Below, in pieces: positions 52,993 through 64,000 of a stretch of 64,000 nucleotides of DNA. The DNA comes from Blastocystis sp. Blastoise (Eukaryota > Protista > Bigyra: Opalinata), in assembly GCA_039096225.1 (NCBI GenBank), contig JBBPEB010000014.1:1860001-1924000 (forward strand), in the 5' to 3' direction. The stretch's first letter is position 1. Every line of letters begins with the position of its first letter. The notes beneath the pieces were generated by a model, which was given only the letters and a program-made list of their open reading frames with translations, was not told where the DNA came from and did not search any database. The translations under genes and the position numbers were made by a program.

Positions 52993-53686
52993 TCTATAAT
53001 GATGAAAGGAAAAATTACTATTTATTATTTCATAAATATATATAATCTTACTTGATAATTATATGCAGAATAGTTAAAAATGATATAGACCCTCTTAAAA
53101 ATATGTGTTTCAATTATAGAGAGAAATAAAAAAATGTGACACTTTTTTTATTTTTTTAATAAAAGTTATTCTTTACTGTCTAATAGTTGAACAAAAATAT
53201 ATAATAAAATTTATTTTGCATATATTTTTATATTTATATATTGAATATATTATTGATAAGTTATGTGCATCATAAAGGAAGTGAGATTAAAGAAAATTAT
53301 GTATAATGAAGTTTTTCAAGTGACTTTTTTATTTACAAATTTTTGATATTTCTATTGTAAATGAGATGGATAATTGAATCATCTAAAATAATTATACATC
53401 GGGTTTGAATAATTAATTTCACGTAAAAAATAATTATAGATAGAATTTGTTTTGGCAATAGAATCGAATATTATGTTGTTTTAAACATATATATAAAGAA
53501 ATCAAGATAAATTGAGCAAAAATAAAACTAAAAATGTGCAGAAAAATAGTTTTTAAAATGAAGACATGATTGGATGAATGCTATTTATCAGTATAGACAT
53601 GATTAGAAAAGATAAAAAAAAAATGAAAAAGAAAAAAAAGAATGTAGAATATGATTATTTTATTTAGAAAACCAAAGATGATACTG

Positions 53687-56155
<2,469 letters not shown>

Positions 56156-56770
56156 TGTATGCTTTCTCTAATTCCTACTTTAATTATATAAATTATTAAA
56201 TATAATATGCAGAAAACAAATAAAATCTATTTTGCGAATAGTATTCATGAATATTCACTACTCCATTCACTTTAAAATTAATTTTATTCTAGTTTTTTTT
56301 AATGGAATGTATTTTTCTATGTTTTGATTGAATCTACATGTTGGAATAGACTTTTATATATTAGAATGCTGGCAATGATTATCATTAATGAAATACAATA
56401 AAATATATACAATTTCTCAGATAATTGTTTTATTATCCTTTTGAATAGTGCTTAAAAAATATTTTTAAAAGGACGCTAAGAAAGGTTGAACAAGTTGATT
56501 ATTCTCAATGATGTATCATGTATATATTTTTTGTTACTCTTAAAAAAATGACATTTAGTTATTGCTAAAAATGATTTTGAATTTTATAATGAATTCTTTT
56601 ACAAGTAACTAAGCATAATTAACAAAACAAAATTCTTATAATTTGTAATAAAAAGAAGCAAAGAAAAAAAAATATATATAATTAGCAAAATAAACACTAT
56701 ATGAATATCAGAATAATATAAAGAATAAAAATTTAGAATAGAGATGATATGGATATAAATAAAATTATAT

Positions 56771-59700
56771 TTATAATATATTACTAAAGAAATTACTGAA
56801 AACATTGAGATCTGAATATATTGATGTATCGTTCATAAGTTTTGTAATAAACATTATATTCTGATGAGTAAGATTCTTATTTATGGATTTATACTGTTTA
56901 CTATTAATTAAATATATATATATAAATGCAGAAATAGTAGAATGAGTTTTCAAATAATATTGTTCCATATTCAGTAATGATTCTTTCCAATTATTTATAT
57001 AAAAATCATTTGGATTTGAACATAAAGATGATATACAATATATAGGGAATTGCTGTGTAGTAACAGTATTACAAAAGGAAACAAAATCATAATTATCATT
57101 ATCATCAATAAAACGACCTAATAAAGAATAAAACTTTAATAAAGAATAATTATTAGTATGAATTAAATCAAGTATGGATTCATATATTACACTTATTTTA
57201 GATCGTATCATATTTAGTAGTTCTGGTAACTCTTTATTATAAAAAACACAAGAAATATAATGATCTATATTCAATCTAAATATAGTAGATATTTTATTCT
57301 TTTCTATTATTGAGAGGAAATCATTTTTATTCATTTTAATATCATTTAAATAAGGTATACAAGTATTGAATAGTGTTTTATTAGTAATATCTTTAGATAA
57401 TAATATTAACGTATTTATAAAGAGAAGATTTCTTCTTAATAATTGAATGAATTCTTCTTGATCAAATAATGTTAACATCATAAATGATGCAGAATACATA
57501 ACTTCATTAATAGAACTATCATTCAATAAAAATAAAGAAATAGATTCTTTAGCAATAGGTAATACATGTAATATATTCTCTTCACTTAAAGAATTACTAA
57601 GAATAAAAACATTAAAAAGCTCATATTGAGGAGAAGACTCAAATTTTCTTAATGAAAAATATACTTCTAGTATAATATTATGTATATAAGTTGCTCTTTC
57701 TGTTTCCATACGACTTATATTCTTAGATTTCATATCCTTATATATTCTTGTAGCTATAGGTAAATCTTCAAATGTATCTTGAATCCACTTAGAATAACTA
57801 AGAACACTCGCATCATATTGATCAAATAATAAAGATAAATACATAAATGAATTAATAATGAAATTCTGAGTATTTGTGGATCCATTCATTTTTCCAATCA
57901 TATCAAAATATTTCATACTATTATCCGATTCCCAAATATCTTCAAATATTTCAGAAACTAAATAAAAAGAAGATTCTTTTGCTAAAGAATCATTTGACCA
58001 TAAACTATCCACTAATGTATTCCATTTACTGACTAATTGAGGTACTTGCTTCTTATGTAATATTTCATCTACTAAGGGATGTTTAACGATCGTAAATAAT
58101 AACTTTATATATTGAACACTAAGAGTTTTTGCTTTTTCAGGAACTAATAAATCAAAAACATTAGAAACAGCAGTTGATTCCATATTTGAATTATTCAAAT
58201 AATGAGTAATAAAGAATAATACCAAATAATTAGAATTACTTAAAGATAAGAAGTATTTACATAAATATTGATAACATTCCCAAGGTAAATATTGACATAT
58301 TTTAAGAAGTAGATTTTCAATATTTCTAAGTGTTCCAGGATGATGTTCACTTATGTTATACTTTTGATGGTTTTCCTTAGGACAAAAGATATCTTGAATA
58401 GTTTTATTACTAAATGTAACAGCAATAAATTTAATTAATTCAGTATAATTAGAGAAATCAACATCTATTGTATCTAAACAATAAGCAGTTTCAGGTTGAG
58501 TTTCATCATATTTCATATCAATATTATAAAAAGGAGCAACATCCTTCGTAAAGTAATAAACTTTACGTATACTATTGTTTAATATAATATTTTGTCTTTT
58601 AGCAATTAAACGAATATTGAATATTACTTTTAATACATTATATAAATCATAATGAAACGAAAAAGGAACTTTTTGACTTTTTCCTTTACGATCGTATTGA
58701 TAATAATATATATAAAAGTATATCATTTCTAAGAAGGAATGATAAAAAGTTAAACTAATATCATATAATATTTGTAATTCTTCTTCAGGAATATAGATAG
58801 GAACTAATGTCGATAATTCAGTATCCCATAAACAGTATGATTCTAATATAATATCATCAAATTCTTTATATAGATCATGTATATATACTTCTATTAAATG
58901 ATCATAAGTATCTGAGCTTAGAGTTAATGTTGATAATAAATTCTTTACAGAAGATATATAGTCTATAATATCTTTAAAATTAGATTTGAATAATAATTGT
59001 GATACATTTGGTTGCTTATAAATTATTCGTTTGTAAATATCTGTGTGAATAGAAATATCTTTTTTATTTATTTGTTTTGTAGGAGGTACTTGTTTAGGAG
59101 TAGAAACATAATTAATACTCTTTGAAGGTTGAGGTAATTCTTCATAAAAAGAATAACCATAATCATTAATAGTATACCAAGAAGTAAAAGTAGAATATCC
59201 TTTAATATTTCCATAATAATCACGTATTTCTTTATTCATTTCAGATAATATAGGTTGATCTATTTGATAATAAGAGGTACTTATTGTTTCTTTAATAGTA
59301 TATTCTGATTTCTTTTCAAGTATTCTTGTTGTAGACTTGTTATATATACCACAATAACATAAATAATCAAAGATAGTATCTAACAATACATCTATAGGTT
59401 TAGTTTTATCTAAATAATCCACAATAAGTTCCAATATAGAATCTGTAATAGATTTTGTTATTGGCTTATATTCTAATTCATCATTATAAGAACTATTCTT
59501 AATATATACATATATATAATCATAAGAATAACAATAATGACTTTTGAAGAATTCTAGATCTTTAAATGATTTTCCAGTTAATAAATAGTTTTCATTCTTT
59601 TCTAAAACAGTCCATAATTTAGAATTCATACGATTTTCAAATGGAGTATTTTTATACCATTCAACAACACTCATTTTATGACGATACGGATTAAATGATA

Positions 59701-61645
59701 TATCACTAGTTAATTTACATTCTAATTCAACATAAGTATTCATTAATGGTTTATAAAAGTTATAATATTCTTGAGAATAAGAAGGATATTGGATACTAAA
59801 GAACATTAAACATAATATAATAGAAGGTAATAAAGTACAATCTAATTTACCACTAGATTTTGCCCATTCTACTATATCATCTCTAAGTTCATTACGAATA
59901 GTACTAGTTAAATAACCAAGGGAATTCTTGACTTCTTTTAAATTCATATTTAAGCAATCAGGAGAGAATAATAAAATAAGTTTATTGAAATCACAAGTAA
60001 GGTTATCATCTTTATCATATAATCTTAAGAGAGAATGAAGAAGACGATGAGTAAAACATATATCTTTTGATTGAATACATGCACTTACTAAAGCATCAAT
60101 ACTAGAAGAACGAGTATCTGCATCTTTATTAAATAAATAACCATTATTCTTAGAAGCTAATGACTTTTCACAAGAATAAACAGTAGGATAAAGTTTCTTA
60201 ATTCCTTTAAACCCATTGAAATACATGAAATCTAAAGGAACTCGTTTGAAATCAATACTATAAAGAGATAAACGTGTATTTAAATCTATATTTCTTGACA
60301 CTAATTGAGGAAGAACACTTTCAGTCATACTATCTAATTCTTGTTTATATTCATCATTAGAAAAGATAATATGGAAGAAACGAATATAATTACTAACTTG
60401 TGTAGCAAATTCATTAGTTAAAGTAGTTGATTTGATTTTATTTAAATAATAATCAATTACATATTGATAAAATAAAGGAATATCTTCTTTATATAAATAA
60501 AAATAAATAGTAAATACTCTTTCAAATAATAGAGAGAATTTGGAACTAATAGTAATAGGATCAAATAGACTCTTTTCACAAATTAAACGAAGCATCACTT
60601 TATATTGTTCATCATAATGATAATGCTTAAATAATAAATATAATGATAATAAGCAATCTAAATCTACATCATAATCAATTAAATAACAAAACTTGTCAGT
60701 AAAAAGATGATATGTATCAATCATATATTTAGGAGCATAATAAAATAACTCTCTTAATAAATCTTTAATGCTAATACAATTACTATTACATATATTCACA
60801 TGGCTCGCTTCAATTTGTTTATACAATGTAATTTCTTCAATAGTATCTTTATTTTCATTAATATCCCTAAAATAAAATGATTTCTCTAATAATATTTCAA
60901 TATATTCTTCATGTTCAATTCGTTTCATTATAGTATCTACCAGCCAAATATACCCAGTTTGAGTAATATTATCTTTTGTTATACGTTCATCTAATGTATA
61001 TTTCTTTACCCATAAATAAGAACAACAAGCTTTTGTTAAACCTTCGAAGAAATCTATGGAAGGACTATAACTAGAAATAACTTCTAATAAATGAAAGAAA
61101 ACTTTGTGACAAAATTCATGACTATTTTTATATTTTTGAAGAGAATCAATAGAAACAGAAGATGTATCTTTTATATAGATAGTATAAAGATACTCAGCTG
61201 AAGATTGATACGCTAATTCATTCTTAAATGAATCAGAAAGTAAGGGACTTTCTTTAAGAAGAATAGAATCAATAAGGGAAACATCAGTGCAATACTTGAC
61301 GAAATTAGAAAATAAATAATTCTTCAAAGAAACAGATAAAGTATTGACGAGATCAAAGAATTGATCGACACTCTTGATTTGAAGGATAAATTTCTTTTCT
61401 AATTTAGGAATATGTAGATAAGTGTAACAGACATTTTGGAATTGAACTGTTTCAACTTGAAGATACTTGACTAATCGATTTACATCATCTCTGTAAACTA
61501 ATAATCGATAGAATTGTGCCTTCATAAGACCATTATCTTTAGGAATCAAACCATACAAAGAATCGACTTCTTCTTCAGATAAACTTTTAAAAGATTTCGA
61601 AGCATCCTTTAAGGGAAAGGTAAGTATATCTAGGAAACTAGACAA
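56771..61645 (-). CDS. Large intronless hypothetical protein (1624 aa, probably alpha-solenoid); ORF opens with TTG
   Basis: 4.9-kb uninterrupted ORF in an intron-dense region, without microsatellites; first in-frame ATG is codon 41. Confidence 0.85.
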   Translation of the reverse strand: MSSFLDILTFPLKDASKSFKSLSEEEVDSLYGLIPKDNGLMKAQFYRLLVYRDDVNRLVKYLQVETVQFQNVCYTYLHIPKLEKKFILQIKSVDQFFDLVNTLSVSLKNYLFSNFVKYCTDVSLIDSILLKESPLLSDSFKNELAYQSSAEYLYTIYIKDTSSVSIDSLQKYKNSHEFCHKVFFHLLEVISSYSPSIDFFEGLTKACCSYLWVKKYTLDERITKDNITQTGYIWLVDTIMKRIEHEEYIEILLEKSFYFRDINENKDTIEEITLYKQIEASHVNICNSNCISIKDLLRELFYYAPKYMIDTYHLFTDKFCYLIDYDVDLDCLLSLYLLFKHYHYDEQYKVMLRLICEKSLFDPITISSKFSLLFERVFTIYFYLYKEDIPLFYQYVIDYYLNKIKSTTLTNEFATQVSNYIRFFHIIFSNDEYKQELDSMTESVLPQLVSRNIDLNTRLSLYSIDFKRVPLDFMYFNGFKGIKKLYPTVYSCEKSLASKNNGYLFNKDADTRSSSIDALVSACIQSKDICFTHRLLHSLLRLYDKDDNLTCDFNKLILLFSPDCLNMNLKEVKNSLGYLTSTIRNELRDDIVEWAKSSGKLDCTLLPSIILCLMFFSIQYPSYSQEYYNFYKPLMNTYVELECKLTSDISFNPYRHKMSVVEWYKNTPFENRMNSKLWTVLEKNENYLLTGKSFKDLEFFKSHYCYSYDYIYVYIKNSSYNDELEYKPITKSITDSILELIVDYLDKTKPIDVLLDTIFDYLCYCGIYNKSTTRILEKKSEYTIKETISTSYYQIDQPILSEMNKEIRDYYGNIKGYSTFTSWYTINDYGYSFYEELPQPSKSINYVSTPKQVPPTKQINKKDISIHTDIYKRIIYKQPNVSQLLFKSNFKDIIDYISSVKNLLSTLTLSSDTYDHLIEVYIHDLYKEFDDIILESYCLWDTELSTLVPIYIPEEELQILYDISLTFYHSFLEMIYFYIYYYQYDRKGKSQKVPFSFHYDLYNVLKVIFNIRLIAKRQNIILNNSIRKVYYFTKDVAPFYNIDMKYDETQPETAYCLDTIDVDFSNYTELIKFIAVTFSNKTIQDIFCPKENHQKYNISEHHPGTLRNIENLLLKICQYLPWECYQYLCKYFLSLSNSNYLVLFFITHYLNNSNMESTAVSNVFDLLVPEKAKTLSVQYIKLLFTIVKHPLVDEILHKKQVPQLVSKWNTLVDSLWSNDSLAKESSFYLVSEIFEDIWESDNSMKYFDMIGKMNGSTNTQNFIINSFMYLSLLFDQYDASVLSYSKWIQDTFEDLPIATRIYKDMKSKNISRMETERATYIHNIILEVYFSLRKFESSPQYELFNVFILSNSLSEENILHVLPIAKESISLFLLNDSSINEVMYSASFMMLTLFDQEEFIQLLRRNLLFINTLILLSKDITNKTLFNTCIPYLNDIKMNKNDFLSIIEKNKISTIFRLNIDHYISCVFYNKELPELLNMIRSKISVIYESILDLIHTNNYSLLKFYSLLGRFIDDNDNYDFVSFCNTVTTQQFPIYCISSLCSNPNDFYINNWKESLLNMEQYYLKTHSTISAFIYIYLINSKQYKSINKNLTHQNIMFITKLMNDTSIYSDLNVFSNFFSNIL

Positions 61646-62365
61646 TTTTAAATTAATTCACAAAAAAAGGAAATAAATAAAAAATGAAAGATATTATAAA
61701 AAAAAAACAACTAATAGAGAACTGTTTGAAAAAAAAACTACAACTTTTAGACGACGGAAATATTTATTGGATCATTCTCTATGAGGCAGAATAATATTAC
61801 ACAATGGTCTTTATAATAAAATTACTCAATGGGATCGAAGAAAGGAATTTCCATAAAGAGAATCAGTACCTCATCTATAGTTTATTTTAATTATATTGAT
61901 CATTTTAATACATTTTCTTTTAAAATTAATATTTACAATTTGATGAAGATAATATATTTTATTCTTATTTGGTGATTAAGCAATTTTGGAATTATTGCCT
62001 TGAATTATAGTTTAGAGAATTTGTTTTTGTAACCATAGGAGATTCAATGCATTTACTAACGATTCATCGACATTCTAGATCCAGTAATGGTTTCTGTGGA
62101 CAGTGTGTGTTTCGAAGATCTACTATTTAGTATAATTAGCATATTATTCATAAAGTATTATTGATAAGCTTCTCAAAGGAGAGTCATAGTCAAAAATAAT
62201 AGAATAAATACATTTTTATTGTGAAACCAATAGAACTACGGAAAATATCATGGTATTTACTGAGATATGAATAATTATCATGATTTTTATTGTTTCGATT
62301 CACGAACAAATGTTATAATTTTATTTAACAAGAGTATTTATATTTGAACAATAAATATCTATAGA

Positions 62366-62614
62366 ATGATTGAATTATCTTCTGATGTTGTTGATGATTT
62401 AAAGTATCTCTTTGAATATGCTGATTCTGATAAGGATGGAAAGATTAGTATTCAGGAATTCAAGAATATGCTTCAAGAAACAAGTGAAGAATGTATTTAT
62501 GAAGAAGATATTGTTAATAATATGAAAGCTATACATATGGATCTAGATATTTTAACTTTCGATGATGTTCTCACTTATGAAAAGAATTATATGACTGTTG
62601 ATGATGATGAATAG
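62366..62614 (+). CDS. Small EF-hand (half-calmodulin-like) protein, 82 aa
   Basis: LFEYADSDKDGKISIQEF is a canonical EF-hand; second hand degenerate (MDLDILTFDDV). Confidence 0.8.
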   Translation: MIELSSDVVDDLKYLFEYADSDKDGKISIQEFKNMLQETSEECIYEEDIVNNMKAIHMDLDILTFDDVLTYEKNYMTVDDDE

Positions 62615-63076
62615 CTTTTTATCGTTGCTTGCATTTGTTTTGTTTTTATTAATTTATTTGAATTTGAGAATTATGTAGCATTCTAGTGTATTTTAATATA
62701 ACTGAGTGTAAATATTGTAAAATATACGTACTTGAAAGAGATCACTAGGAGAAAACCGATAATTATATATTTATGGCTCATTCTCTTAAAAGTGAAATTA
62801 TTTAAGTATGTGTTTGAGAATTGATTCAGAATTCAATTAGATTTATTGAATAATAACAGTGGAGTGATGACATTTTGTTAATTGTTGACGGAGAATTATG
62901 ATAAGTGCATTTTTATTTTGATGGAATAAACTATATGTTTTTTCTCAAGATATTTAGAAACATTTTCTTGTCATTTTAATCAATATAGCATGAGTATTAA
63001 AGAAAATAAAAATTCGTTTTGTTTTTTTAGTTAAGAATAAGACTATATAATAACTTTTATAGTTTAAAAGGGAATA

Positions 63077-64000
63077 ATGAATCCAGATAGTGTAGATACC
63101 AAGGATAAACAACAAATTCCTTTGATCAATGGATTATCAATTAATTATAATCGTACAAATATAGATTCTTTACAGAAGAAATCAGAAAAAACAATAGTTT
63201 CATTGAGCGATAATTTGAATGAAAAGAAGCCAAAGTCTGTGTATGTTCCACCTAGCCAGTTAGAGTTATTGAAATCACAGTTTACTGCAAGAAAGCCAAT
63301 GCAGTACGAGTTAGATTTAATGAAACGTGGAAAGACTATTGAAACATCCGATAGACTGATAATACCGACAGAGAATAAAGTTAAAAAAATATCCAAGATG
63401 TCTCTTTTACCTACTCCTGACCAATTAGCTCCATCTATGAAATCTTCTGTTCAAAATACCAAACGGATAAGTAACGAAAATGTTGATAAGTCTAATCCAG
63501 TTCCTCGTGTTGGTTCATTAACTAAAAAGAAGTCTCTATCTAAAACTGTGTCTTCTTTACCTATTAATGATGTTCAAACATTTTTATCATTAAAACAATT
63601 ACCTATGAAATCTACAAATATAATAGTATCTTTATTTGGATGGGAAAATTGTTATAAAGCAAATGAGCGTCAAAAGTCGATATTACTTGGATTAGATTAT
63701 ATATATAAGCTTTCATTAGATAGTAATAATTTTCATGCTTTTGGAACAGATATATATCAATGTTTTTATGATATTTCTAAAGTATATTTATATTGTTAAA
63801 CTATATTATATATTTCAATGTTATTTTTGTTTATATATATATATAATTTTTATTTTCTATTATATTTATAAATACTGTTGATATGAATAATTTGATATTC
63901 TATATAGTAAATAGATATATAGTATTCTATAGTATATATATATTATATATATAGGCTTCTGTTGATCCAATTCGTTCAAGATGTTTATTATATTTACAAA
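63077..64000 (+). CDS. Hypothetical protein, 5' part only (continues beyond the window)
   Basis: Exon 1 about 63077-63781; GT-AG intron; exon 2 from about 63955 (ASVDPIRSRCLLYLQ). Basic low-complexity N-terminus, then a folded region ILLGLDYIYKL...FHAFGTDIYQCFYDI. Confidence 0.7.

Overview
Very AT-rich (roughly 80% by eye), intron-dense eukaryotic nuclear DNA. Gene content and style suggest a protist, possibly a Blastocystis-like stramenopile (inference only). The ORF track is mostly microsatellite noise, so I rebuilt genes by splicing exons by hand. The window holds about 19 protein-coding genes: GT61, BTB-like/TLDc, DUF1765 with a DEP-like insert, Sec24, a secreted coiled-coil protein, a WH1+CRIB WASP-like protein, PP2A B56-like, Myb, GT49/LARGE-like, an MFS sugar porter, a RAY1-like GT, Mei2-like RRM, a Cys-rich/Sushi secreted protein, VDAC, an ELF4-like coiled coil, a UEV-pseudokinase fusion, a 1624-aa intronless protein, an EF-hand protein and a partial gene at the right edge. 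It also holds an exportin-7 pseudogene, a 193-bp hAT-type MITE with an 8-bp TSD and a possible CACTA-like end. The most striking structure is in the splicing: (1) most introns are bracketed by self-complementary (AT)n runs, and two consist only of GT(AT)nAG; (2) two U12-type AT-AC introns are supported by conserved protein motifs; (3) at least one intron-like insertion has no GT donor. No rRNA, tRNA or CRISPR features were recognised. All family assignments come from motifs recalled by eye, not from database searches.
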